Below, piece after piece: positions 34,476 to 43,430 of a DNA stretch of 43,552 nt. Source of the stretch: a virus (taxonomy: Duplodnaviria > Caudoviricetes). Location of the stretch: IMG/VR virus record IMGVR_UViG_3300037419_000730, positions 1 through 43,552 of that record. One strand, written 5' to 3'. How positions within the stretch are numbered: position 1 is the first letter of the stretch; every line of letters starts with the position of its first letter. The translations under genes and the position numbers were made by a program. The notes beneath the pieces were generated by a model. That model saw only the letters and a list, made by a program, of their open reading frames with translations, was not told the DNA's origin and ran no database searches.

Positions 34476-36536
34476 ATGAAACTCTGGATCGACACCGAAA
34501 CCTTCAGCGAGACGCCGATCAAGCACGGCACGTACCGCTACGTCGCCGACTGCGAACTGATGGTCGTCTCGTACGCGCTGGATGACGGGCCGGTGCAGGT
34601 CGAAGACCTGACCTGCTGCTCGCCATCGGCGGCATTGCAGCTGGCCTTGTTCGAAGCCGACGAGGTCTGGGCGCACAACGCCATGTTCGACCGCGGTGTG
34701 ATCGACAAGCACTTCACCGGCATCGCCCCGCCGCTCACGAGATGGCGCTGCAGCATGGTGCGCGCGCTGTCGCACTCGCTGCCGGGCGGGCTGGACAAGC
34801 TTTGCGAGATCCTGCAGGTGCCCGTCGACCAGGCCAAGCACAAGGCCGGCAAGGAGCTGGTGCGGCTGTTCTGCATGCCCCGCCCGGCCAACGCCAAGCT
34901 GCGCCGCGCCACCCGCGAGACGCACCCCGCCGAGTGGGCGCAATTCCTCTCCTACGCCGGCAACGACATCGAGGCGATGCGCGCGATCGACAAGCGCATG
35001 CCGACGTGGAACTACTCTGGCTTCGAACTGGATCTGTGGCACCTGGACCAGCGCATCAATGACCGCGGCTTCGCGGTGGACGTGCAGTTGGCCGACGCCG
35101 CGATCCGCGCGATCGACAGCGAGCAGACGCGCCTGCGCGGCGCGGCCTGGGCGCACAGCGACGGCGCGCTGGACTCGGCCACCCAGCGCGACGCCGTGCT
35201 CGAGCACGTCCTGGCCGAATACAACATCGTGTTGCCCGACCTGCGCGGCAGCACGCTGGAGCGGCGCCTCGCCGACCCGGACATCCCCGAAGGCCTGAAG
35301 GAGCTGCTGCGCATCCGCCTGCAGGCGTCCACCACCAGCACGTCGAAGTACCGCGCGCTGATCAACGGACACGTCGGCGGGCGCATGCGCGGCACCGTGC
35401 AGTTCAACGGCGCCGGACGCACCGGCCGCCGCGCCGGGCGCACCTTCCAGCCGCAGAACCTGCCGCGCCCGTCCGCAGGCTTCGACGAGGCCGTGCAGGA
35501 AGAGGCCGTCGGCGCGATCAAGGCCGACGTGGCGGACCTGATCACCGACGACGTGATGACGCTCACGGCCGACTGCCTGCGCGGCGTGATCGTCGCCCCG
35601 CCCGGTCGCAAGCTGGTCGTGGCCGACCTGTCCAACATCGAAGGGCGCATGCTCGCGTGGCTGGCCGGCGAGGAGTGGAAGCTGCAGGCGTTCCGCGACT
35701 TCGACGCAGGGCACGGCGAAGACCTGTACAAGGTCGCGTTCGCCCGCGCGTTCAAGATCATCGCGGCCGACGTGGGCAAGCAGCAGCGCCAGATCGGCAA
35801 GGTCATGGAGCTGATGCTCGGATACGAGGGCGGCGTCGGCGCGTTTCTCACGGGCGCGGCCACGTACAAGTTCGACGTGGAGGAGCTGGGCGTCACCGCC
35901 TACGACACCATCCCGGACTGGGCGCTGCGCGAGGCCGGCGAGTTCTACGACTGGTGCGTCAAGGAAAAGCGCCCCACCTTCGGCCTGTCGCGCACCGCGT
36001 TCGTGGTATGCGATTCCCTCAAGCGCATGTGGCGCGCCGCGCACCCCAACGTCGTGTCGTTGTGGCGCGAGCTGCAGGACACCTGCATCGCCGCGGTGGA
36101 GTCGCCCGGCACCACCCTGACCTGCCGCCGCTTCAAGATCCGACGCGACGGCGCCTGGCTGCGCGTGGGCCTGCCGTGCGGCCGGCGCGCGCTGTGCTAC
36201 CCCCAGCCCAAGGTGCAGAACGGAAAGCTGTCGTACATGGGCGTGAACCAGTACACGAAGCAGTGGAGCCGCATCGGCACCTACGGCGGCAAGCTCGCCG
36301 AGAACGTCACCCAGGCCGCCGCGCGCGACGTGCTCGCCGACGGCGAGATGGCCGCCGACGCCGCCGGTTACGGCGAGGTGCTGCCGGTGCACGACGAGAT
36401 CTTGGCCGAGACGCCCGACACCACCGAATTCAGCGCCCAAGGGCTGGCGCATCTCATGTGCTCGAACTCGCCCTGGGCCGACGGCCTGCCGCTGGCTGCA
36501 GCGGGGTTCGAGACGTATCGCTACCGGAAGGATTGA
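34476..36536 (+). CDS. Family A DNA polymerase (APSE-like)
   Basis: Exo IDTET and AHNAMFD; RTGR..QPQNLPR, ADLSNIEGR, RQIGKVMEL and VHDE. Confidence 0.95.
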   Translation: MKLWIDTETFSETPIKHGTYRYVADCELMVVSYALDDGPVQVEDLTCCSPSAALQLALFEADEVWAHNAMFDRGVIDKHFTGIAPPLTRWRCSMVRALSHSLPGGLDKLCEILQVPVDQAKHKAGKELVRLFCMPRPANAKLRRATRETHPAEWAQFLSYAGNDIEAMRAIDKRMPTWNYSGFELDLWHLDQRINDRGFAVDVQLADAAIRAIDSEQTRLRGAAWAHSDGALDSATQRDAVLEHVLAEYNIVLPDLRGSTLERRLADPDIPEGLKELLRIRLQASTTSTSKYRALINGHVGGRMRGTVQFNGAGRTGRRAGRTFQPQNLPRPSAGFDEAVQEEAVGAIKADVADLITDDVMTLTADCLRGVIVAPPGRKLVVADLSNIEGRMLAWLAGEEWKLQAFRDFDAGHGEDLYKVAFARAFKIIAADVGKQQRQIGKVMELMLGYEGGVGAFLTGAATYKFDVEELGVTAYDTIPDWALREAGEFYDWCVKEKRPTFGLSRTAFVVCDSLKRMWRAAHPNVVSLWRELQDTCIAAVESPGTTLTCRRFKIRRDGAWLRVGLPCGRRALCYPQPKVQNGKLSYMGVNQYTKQWSRIGTYGGKLAENVTQAAARDVLADGEMAADAAGYGEVLPVHDEILAETPDTTEFSAQGLAHLMCSNSPWADGLPLAAAGFETYRYRKD

Positions 36537-36547
36537 GGGGACTCACC

Positions 36548-36940
36548 ATGTCATACACACCACGCGAAGGATCGCTGCCCGCGCGCGCGATCGAACACCT
36601 GCGGACCCTCGATGAGGACGCCGAGCTCAGTACGAGCGCACTGTGCAGGGTGCTGGGCACCAGCAGCTCGCTGCTCATCACCAGCATGGGCGCGGCGATC
36701 CAGCACGGCGCCATGCGCGTGCGCAAAGAGGACCGCACGTCCTTCTGGAGCTTGGGCGACGGCACCCCGCCCGGCGACGAACAGGAAGGCGAGGACACCG
36801 AGCCCGAATTCAACGCGGCGCTGTGGACCGATGGCGATCTGGTCATCTACGGCGCGCAGGCCAACACGGACGGCAGCGTGACCCTGAGCCGCGAGCAGGT
36901 GGCCCATGTCAGGCAGCTGATCTCCGGCAGCCCATTCTGA
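36548..36940 (+). CDS. Hypothetical protein (possible winged-helix N-terminus)
   Basis: GAGGG RBS; fills the gap. Confidence 0.65.
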   Translation: MSYTPREGSLPARAIEHLRTLDEDAELSTSALCRVLGTSSSLLITSMGAAIQHGAMRVRKEDRTSFWSLGDGTPPGDEQEGEDTEPEFNAALWTDGDLVIYGAQANTDGSVTLSREQVAHVRQLISGSPF

Positions 36941-36950
36941 GGAGCACTAC

Positions 36951-37229
36951 ATGAACCTGACTCTGGAAGAACGCGAGCGCCGCGCGTACATCGAAGGGCA
37001 CACCGAAGAAGCGGAGCTGCTGGCCGCCACGATCGACTGCGAGTTCGATTCGCTCAACGAGATGCGCCACGAACGCGACATGGCGCAGGAAGAGAACGAT
37101 CGACTCGCGCGCGAGAACGACACGCTCACGACGGAAGTCGAGGGACTTGAGGAAAAGGTTCACACGCTCACGACGGAAGTCAATGGCCTGAAGGACCAGA
37201 TCCACGAGGCGGGGATCGACCTGCTGTGA
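36951..37229 (+). CDS. Acidic coiled-coil protein
   Basis: GAGGAG RBS; heptad repeats. Confidence 0.7.
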   Translation: MNLTLEERERRAYIEGHTEEAELLAATIDCEFDSLNEMRHERDMAQEENDRLARENDTLTTEVEGLEEKVHTLTTEVNGLKDQIHEAGIDLL

Positions 37230-37432
37230 ACTGGCTCCGCAAACTTTTCCGCCGCGTGCCGGCCAGCGAAGTGCTCGCCGAACAGCTGTTCGAAGCCGAA
37301 CGCCTGCACGTCGAGCACCAGGCAGCTGCCGAAGTGCACGCGGCGCTGGCGGCCGTCTACCGCATGCGCATCACGCGCATTCGGGGTGCACAGGCGAACG
37401 TGCTCGAGGTTCTGCGAGGTGGCAAGGCATGA
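37226..37432 (+). CDS. Hypothetical protein
   Basis: GTGA coupling. Confidence 0.65.
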   Translation: MNWLRKLFRRVPASEVLAEQLFEAERLHVEHQAAAEVHAALAAVYRMRITRIRGAQANVLEVLRGGKA

Positions 37433-37614
37433 AGTGCCCCCGCTGTGGCGAGCAGTTGCGCGTGCTTCAGACACGCACGGACGGCATTGAGCTTCGACGC
37501 ACACGTCGGTGCGCGCAGGGGCATGTCTTCATGACGGTTGAAGCGCCGTTGCGAGAGCGCCCCGCTGGCAACCGTCGCGGGCAGAGGTGGACGGGGGTAC
37601 AGCGCCGTGCGTGA
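37429..37614 (+). CDS. Zinc-ribbon protein (NrdR N-terminus-like)
   Basis: MKCPRCG...RRTRRCAQGHVFMTVE. Confidence 0.65.
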   Translation: MKCPRCGEQLRVLQTRTDGIELRRTRRCAQGHVFMTVEAPLRERPAGNRRGQRWTGVQRRA

Positions 37615-37912
37615 ATCCGACATCGAGAAGTACCTGGTCAAGCGCGTGAAGGCGCTGGGCGGCGAGGTGCGCAAGGTGCAGTGGATCGGGCGGCGCGGCG
37701 CGCCGGATCGGCTGGTGATGCTCCCCGCCACGTGGGTGCTCTGCGACGACAACGCGTACCGCCAGCACCGGCGCACAGCGTGGGTCGAGCTGAAGGCCCC
37801 TGGCGAAGCGCCGGATCCGCATCAGGCGCGCGAACACAGGCGCATGCGCGAGATGGGTGAACGTGTCGTTGTGATCGACAGCGTCGAGGGCGTGGAAAGG
37901 TTGGTGGCATGA
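37607..37912 (+). CDS. VRR-NUC nuclease
   Basis: RESDIE..GAPDRL..WVELKAPG..Q motif. Confidence 0.85.
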   Translation: MRESDIEKYLVKRVKALGGEVRKVQWIGRRGAPDRLVMLPATWVLCDDNAYRQHRRTAWVELKAPGEAPDPHQAREHRRMREMGERVVVIDSVEGVERLVA

Positions 37913-38523
37913 CAGCCGAAGCCTACCCCCTGCAGTGGCCCGCCGGTCGTGCGCGCACCGAGCGCTGGCGCCGCGAGCGCGCGAAGTTCGACGTGACCTT
38001 CGCACGTGCCCGAGACAACATCGTGCAGGAGATTGGGCGACTGGCCGGCCGCTACCCGGACCCACAGGTCGTCATTAGCACGAACATCGCTCTTCGCCGC
38101 GACGGCCTGCCACTTGCTGGCCAGCGCCAGCCGGACGATCCCGGCGTGGCCGTGTACTTCACGTACAAGAAGCGGCAGATGTCTTTTGCATGCGACCGCT
38201 GGGAAAAGATCGAGCACAACATGCAGGCGATCGCGAAGACGATCGAAGCATTGCGCGGCATCGCGCGCTGGGGCACCGGCGACATGCTCGAGGCCGCGTT
38301 CACTGGCTTTACAGCTCTGCCCCCGCCCTCAGCGTCGGACCTTGCCAGCACGAAGAAGCACTGGCGCGACGTGTTCGGGACGGCCGCGCGCACGCGCGCT
38401 GACGTGCAGGAAGTCTATCGACGCCTCGCGGCTGCGTTTCATCCTGATCGCGGCGGAGACCCCGTCAAGATGGCCGAGCTGAACGCCGCGCGCGACGAAG
38501 CGATGAGGGAACTGCTCGCATGA
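37909..38523 (+). CDS. Phage protein with C-terminal J domain
   Basis: YPLQWP N-terminus; FHPDRGG..MAELNAA J-domain HPD motif. Confidence 0.8.
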   Translation: MTAEAYPLQWPAGRARTERWRRERAKFDVTFARARDNIVQEIGRLAGRYPDPQVVISTNIALRRDGLPLAGQRQPDDPGVAVYFTYKKRQMSFACDRWEKIEHNMQAIAKTIEALRGIARWGTGDMLEAAFTGFTALPPPSASDLASTKKHWRDVFGTAARTRADVQEVYRRLAAAFHPDRGGDPVKMAELNAARDEAMRELLA

Positions 38524-39896
38524 CCCGCCGCGACTACACCCCCCGCGTCTACCAGTCCATGATCGTCGAGCACGTCCACAACGTCGAACGCAGCGCGGTG
38601 TGGGCCGGCATGGGCATGGGCAAAACCATCAGCACGCTCACCGCGCTGGACAGCCTGTACCTGGCCGGCGAGGACCACCCCACGCTCGTGCTCGCGCCGC
38701 TGCGCGTGGCGCGCACGACCTGGCCCGAGGAGGCGCGCAAGTGGTCGCACCTGCGGCACGTGTCGGTCATGCCCATCGTGGGCGACGAGAAGGAGCGGCG
38801 CGCGGCGTTGCGCTACGACGCATCGGTCTACACAACGAATTACGAGAACCTGCCCTGGCTCGTCGAGTATTACGGCGACCGCTGGCCGTTTCGAACGCTG
38901 GTGCCCGACGAGTCCACCAAGCTGAAGTCCTTCCGCCTGCGCCAGGGTGGCAAGCGCGCCGCGGCGCTGGCCAAAGTCGCGCACCCGAAGATCAAGCGCG
39001 TGATCGAGCTGACCGGCACGCCCAGCCCCAACGGGCTGCAGGACCTGTGGGGCCAGATCTGGTTCCTCGATGGCGGCGTGCGGCTGGGCCGCACCTTCGA
39101 GGCGTTCAAGCAGCGCTGGTTCCAGAAGTCGCACGACGGCTACGGCCTCACGCCCCTGCCCCACGCCCAGGCCGAGATCCAAGAGAAGCTTAGAGACATC
39201 TGCATCACGGTCGATCCGGCCGACTGGTTCGACCTGCAGGAGCCGATCGTCACGCCGGTGTATGTGGACCTGCCCCCGCGTGCGCGGGCGCTGTACAAGG
39301 ACATGGAGAGGCAGATGTTCATGGAGCTGGAAGGCCACGACGTGGAGGCCTTCAACGCGGCGGCGCGCACGATCAAGTGCCTGCAGCTGGCCAACGGCGC
39401 GGCCTACGTCGACGACGCGGGCAACTGGAAGGAAGTGCACGACGAGAAGATCCTTGCGCTGGAGGACATCGTCGAGGAGGCGGCCGGCGCGCCGGTGCTG
39501 GTGGCCTACCACTTCAAGAGCGACCTGATGCGGCTGCAAAAGGCCTTCCCGCAGGGCCGTGTGCTCGATGCCGATCCGGCCACGATCAAGGAGTGGAACG
39601 AGGGCAAGATTCCCGTGCTCTTCGCCCACCCGGCCAGCGCCGGCCACGGCCTGAACCTGCAGGACGGCGGCAACATCCTGGTGTATTTCGGCCACTGGTG
39701 GAACCTCGAGGAACGCATGCAGATCCTCGAGCGTATCGGCCCCGTGCGCCAGCTGCAGGCGGGCTACAACCGCCCCACCTTCATCTACAACATCATCGCC
39801 CGCGACACCGTGGACGACAACGTCATCGAGCGCGTCGATTCGAAGCGCGAAGTTCAGGAAATTCTTCTGGAAGCGATGAAACGGAGGAGCGCATGA
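38520..39896 (+). CDS. SNF2-like helicase
   Basis: GMGMGKT, DES, LTGTP, GHGLNLQ.GG. Confidence 0.9.
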   Translation: MTRRDYTPRVYQSMIVEHVHNVERSAVWAGMGMGKTISTLTALDSLYLAGEDHPTLVLAPLRVARTTWPEEARKWSHLRHVSVMPIVGDEKERRAALRYDASVYTTNYENLPWLVEYYGDRWPFRTLVPDESTKLKSFRLRQGGKRAAALAKVAHPKIKRVIELTGTPSPNGLQDLWGQIWFLDGGVRLGRTFEAFKQRWFQKSHDGYGLTPLPHAQAEIQEKLRDICITVDPADWFDLQEPIVTPVYVDLPPRARALYKDMERQMFMELEGHDVEAFNAAARTIKCLQLANGAAYVDDAGNWKEVHDEKILALEDIVEEAAGAPVLVAYHFKSDLMRLQKAFPQGRVLDADPATIKEWNEGKIPVLFAHPASAGHGLNLQDGGNILVYFGHWWNLEERMQILERIGPVRQLQAGYNRPTFIYNIIARDTVDDNVIERVDSKREVQEILLEAMKRRSA

Positions 39897-40111
39897 GCGA
39901 AGCCGTCAACCACCCCGCGCACTACGGCGGCGCCGACAACACCTACGAAGCGATCAAGGTGATCGAGGCGTGGGGCCTGGGCTTCTGCCTGGGGAACACC
40001 GTCAAGTACATCAGCCGCGCCGGCAAGAAGGACGACATCGTTCAGGACCTGAAGAAGGCGCGCTGGTATCTGGATCGCGAGATCGCCAACCTGGAGAAGC
40101 GGAATGTCTGA
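39893..40111 (+). CDS. DUF3310 family protein
   Basis: VNHPAHY..GNTVKYISRAGKK..DLKKARWYL. Confidence 0.85.
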   Translation: MSEAVNHPAHYGGADNTYEAIKVIEAWGLGFCLGNTVKYISRAGKKDDIVQDLKKARWYLDREIANLEKRNV

Positions 40112-40829
40112 AGCACTTCGCGTGCTGGACCACGGCCACGTCCGGCTGGTCGACCACATGGGCAGCGACCTGTCCATCGTCCGCAGCGCCCGCGTCTCGT
40201 ACGACGCCGAGTGGCGCACCGGTGAAGACGAAGGCAAGGACGCGAAGCTGATCGCGTACCTCGTCAAGAACCGCCATACGTCGCCTTTCGAAGCGGTCTC
40301 CTTCACGTTCGACGTGAAGGCGCCGATCTTCGTGCTGCGCCAATGGCACCGGCACCGCACCTGGTCTTACAACGAGGTGTCGGCCCGCTACGCCGAGCTG
40401 CCCGAAGAGTTCTACATCCCCGACCTCGAGCAGATCACCACGCAGTCGGCCAGCAACAAGCAGATGCGCACGAACGAGCGCCATCCCAGCGCTGAGGACT
40501 GGCGCAACTGCATGCGCGGGCACAACGAAGTGACCTTCGACCTCTACCGGGCGATGCTGCGCGACGGCGTGCCGCGTGAGCTCGCGCGCTCGGTGTTGCC
40601 GGTTGCCACCTACAGCCGCATGTTCGCGACGGTGGACCTGCACAACCTGATGCACTTCCTGAAGCTGCGACTGCACGAGCACGCTCAATACGAGATCCGC
40701 GTGTACGCGGCTGCCATGCTGAAGCTGGTCGAGCCGATCGTGCCGGTGGCGGCGGCGGCGTTTCGTGAGCACTACCTCACCGATGGCGTGAACGCGCCTT
40801 CCAACGATCAACCCGGAGACACCAAATGA
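40104..40829 (+). CDS. thyX: Flavin-dependent thymidylate synthase
   Basis: SARVSY, HTSPFE and RHRTWSYNEVSARY (RHRx7S) motifs. Confidence 0.95.
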   Translation: MSEALRVLDHGHVRLVDHMGSDLSIVRSARVSYDAEWRTGEDEGKDAKLIAYLVKNRHTSPFEAVSFTFDVKAPIFVLRQWHRHRTWSYNEVSARYAELPEEFYIPDLEQITTQSASNKQMRTNERHPSAEDWRNCMRGHNEVTFDLYRAMLRDGVPRELARSVLPVATYSRMFATVDLHNLMHFLKLRLHEHAQYEIRVYAAAMLKLVEPIVPVAAAAFREHYLTDGVNAPSNDQPGDTK

Positions 40830-41509
40830 CGACGATCACCGCGCCGCACCCGGCGCTTCAATCTGCCTCGTTCGTGATCGCCTTCGGCGGCGAGGGCGCT
40901 GCCGCTTACATGGTGCACGGCGGCTGGGAGGCGATGCTCGATAGCTTCGCGCGAAACACCATCGGCCACAGCGCCACCGACATGAGCCAGCCGACGCACC
41001 CGAACGCCGACGAATGGGCGAGCTGGCTGGAGGACTTCAACGACCTGGACGAATGGGCAAGCGACGAGAGCAACCTACCCTACAGCTTCGACAGCGAAGT
41101 CGGCGAGATCTCGACCGTGACGATCTACCGGCTGTCCGACGCCACGAAGGCGGCGCAGGACGTTCTCGCCGAGCGACAGCGACAGATCGAGGCTGAGGGA
41201 TGGCATGCCGATCACGACGACGAGCACGCAAACGGTGAAATGGCAATGGCCGCTGCGTGCTATGCGGCGCACTCGTCCGTGTGGCAGGCAATCGAGCACA
41301 CGACCGTGCGCAACAAGCCCGGCTTGGCTCAACGCCTCGTTTCAGCGCAGGAGTTCGTGCATCGGATGTGGCCGTGGGGCACGGCATGGTGGAAGCCGAA
41401 AGACGACCGCCGCAACCTCGTCCGCGCCGGCGCATTGATCCTCGCGGAGATTGAACGCCTCGACCGCGCGGCGGGTAGTGCTGGCGTGCAGGGAGGCGTT
41501 CATGGTTGA
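40826..41509 (+). CDS. Phage accessory protein (C-terminal DVLAERQRQ..HDDEH domain)
   Basis: C-terminal domain common in phage ead/Ea22-type accessory regions. Confidence 0.7.
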   Translation: MTTITAPHPALQSASFVIAFGGEGAAAYMVHGGWEAMLDSFARNTIGHSATDMSQPTHPNADEWASWLEDFNDLDEWASDESNLPYSFDSEVGEISTVTIYRLSDATKAAQDVLAERQRQIEAEGWHADHDDEHANGEMAMAAACYAAHSSVWQAIEHTTVRNKPGLAQRLVSAQEFVHRMWPWGTAWWKPKDDRRNLVRAGALILAEIERLDRAAGSAGVQGGVHG

Positions 41510-41705
41510 GCGCGACTCCGACGAGTTGGAATACGCGCAACGCTACGCAGCATTGCGCGCACGCGGATACCCGATGAGTGAAGCGGCTCGCAAGGCGCAC
41601 CGCGAAATGGAGGCTGACGCTTCCAACCTTACCGCTGCTCGCATCGCCCTCAATGCTGCACGCAATGCTGGCGTGGGAGAAGAAGTACCGACGAGGAAGG
41701 AATGA
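41502..41705 (+). CDS. Hypothetical protein
   Basis: GGAGG RBS before ATG 41502. Confidence 0.55.
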   Translation: MVERDSDELEYAQRYAALRARGYPMSEAARKAHREMEADASNLTAARIALNAARNAGVGEEVPTRKE

Positions 41706-41956
41706 AGCTGTACTACGACAAGTCGGAGTTGCAGGATGCGACCACGCTGTCCGAAAGCACCATCGACGAGGAAATCCGGCAGGGCCGGTTTCCGAAGCCT
41801 CGGCAGCTGGCCGGCCGCCGCGTCGGCTACCTGGTCGAGGAAGTGATCGAATGGGCACGTACGCGCCCGATTTCCGAGCAGCTCCCGCCGCCGAACACCG
41901 GTGCTAAGAAGCCGCGGCGCGCGCGAGTTCTTCAAGACGCGCATCAAGGCGCGTGA
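41702..41956 (+). CDS. AlpA-like excisionase/recombination directionality factor
   Basis: LSESTI..IRQGRFPKPRQL..RRVGY..EEVIEW; convergent with the integrase. Confidence 0.85.
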   Translation: MKLYYDKSELQDATTLSESTIDEEIRQGRFPKPRQLAGRRVGYLVEEVIEWARTRPISEQLPPPNTGAKKPRRARVLQDAHQGA

Positions 41957-43208
41957 GCCAGGTCAGGCGTTCGGCGTCGTACTGGTGCCGGTTATAGACG
42001 CCCATGACGCCCGGCAGCATGTGCCCCAGCACCGATTCGGCAACCTCGGCAGGGCAGCCCATGATCGCGAGTTGCGTGCGCACCGTGCGGCGCAGGTCGT
42101 GCGGCGACCAGTGCGTCACCGGCAAACGCGGGCGCGGCTGAGCCCCCTTCTCTTTCGTCTTGCAGTAGGGCTGATGGTGATACACGCCGCCCTGCACGAC
42201 TTTCTGCTCCATGGGAATCTCCGAGCCATCCTCGGCGGTGACGACCGACGGGAACAGGTAGCGGCTCGCGACCGCTGAGCGCCGCATCACGATCGCCCTG
42301 GCCCGGCCGATGAGCGGCACGCGCAGATCCGTCGCACCCTCGCGCCGCGCGTTCTTCGTCTTCTCCTTCGGAATCGTCCACCAAAGCCCCGTCGACTCTT
42401 CGGTGATTTCGCCTTTTTCCATCGCCATGATCTCGGCGCCGCGGGTGCCAGTCCACAGGTACAGCGCCACGACGTCCTGCAGCAGGCGCGAGAAGTTCGG
42501 CAGCCAGTTGACCAGCACGCCGAGCTCCTTTTCGTTGAGCACGCGCTTTGTCGAACCCATGTGCTTGCCGTCGATCTTCTTGCCTTTCGTGCGCGGCATC
42601 TTTCCACGCCACACCTGGCGCCACCAGTTCGGCGTGTTCTCGGGCAGCTTGTCGGCGTCCAGGCCGTAGTCGTACGCAGCCCCCATTTCCTGCCGCACGC
42701 TCGCCATGAGCACAGGCCGATCCGACAGCCCCTGCAGCAGGCTGTATGCCTCACTGCGCAGCAGCAGCGCGGCCGGGCGCTCTGCGATCGGCGCTGTGTG
42801 GGCCTCGAGCAGGCGCCGCACCTCCGCGCGCCCCTTGGGCTTGCGGTGCAGGTCAATGTGGCCGGCGAGGTAATCCTGCACCAGGTCGGCCACGCTGTAG
42901 GGCTTCTCTTTCTCAGCCACAGCAGCCGCGCGCGCCCGCTGCCGAGCCGCACGCTTTTGCAGCTGCAGGTCGACGCCGTTGTCACGTTCCGTGCGGCGCT
43001 TCTCCCATTCGACGGCGGCGGCCGGGTAGGACATGGATGGCCACTCGCCCAGCTTCAGCTGGCGCATGCCGCCGTCCACCGGGCTCTTGTAGCGATAAAT
43101 CCAGCTGCGCCGCGTGTCGGTCGCGACGAGCCGCAGGCCCGGGTGCTCCTGTAAAGTGATGTGCTCGCCAGCCGGTAACAGCTTGGCGGCGCGTGCGTCG
43201 AATGACAT
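41904..43208 (-). CDS. int: Tyrosine integrase (P4-like, with arm-binding N-domain)
   Basis: GLRL..SWIYRY N-domain; TGTR, KTKN, HDLRRT, LGH and YNR catalytic residues. Confidence 0.95.
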   Translation of the reverse strand: MSFDARAAKLLPAGEHITLQEHPGLRLVATDTRRSWIYRYKSPVDGGMRQLKLGEWPSMSYPAAAVEWEKRRTERDNGVDLQLQKRAARQRARAAAVAEKEKPYSVADLVQDYLAGHIDLHRKPKGRAEVRRLLEAHTAPIAERPAALLLRSEAYSLLQGLSDRPVLMASVRQEMGAAYDYGLDADKLPENTPNWWRQVWRGKMPRTKGKKIDGKHMGSTKRVLNEKELGVLVNWLPNFSRLLQDVVALYLWTGTRGAEIMAMEKGEITEESTGLWWTIPKEKTKNARREGATDLRVPLIGRARAIVMRRSAVASRYLFPSVVTAEDGSEIPMEQKVVQGGVYHHQPYCKTKEKGAQPRPRLPVTHWSPHDLRRTVRTQLAIMGCPAEVAESVLGHMLPGVMGVYNRHQYDAERLTWLTRLDARLEELARAAAS

Positions 43209-43222
43209 GGCCTGCTCCTGAG

Positions 43223-43310
43223 CGCAGCGTAGCTTTTTGACAGTGCCGGCGTAACTTTCAGGTCGGGCCGGCGTCAGTTTTTCGAGGGACCACAGAAAAG
43301 CTACGCTGCG
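43223..43310. promoter_or_regulatory. Integrase arm-site cluster bounded by a perfect 15-bp inverted repeat
   Basis: CGCAGCGTAGCTTTT 43223-37 / AAAAGCTACGCTGCG 43296-310, with related copies at 43247-58 and 43269-80. Confidence 0.7.
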
Positions 43311-43386
43311 ACGACAAGTGTAGCCGGGCCTAAACGGGTGTTGTCGGGCGACTGAAGCGGGGCAGGAAAATCAAAAATCTCAGAGG

Positions 43387-43430
43387 AATCAACGAGTTGC
43401 AGCTGGACACCTCGGAAAATCAATGGCTTG
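43387..43430 (+). promoter_or_regulatory. Two IHF consensus sites (WATCAANNNNTTR)
   Basis: AATCAACGAGTTG 43387-99 and AATCAATGGCTTG 43418-30, between the arm sites and the core. Confidence 0.75.
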
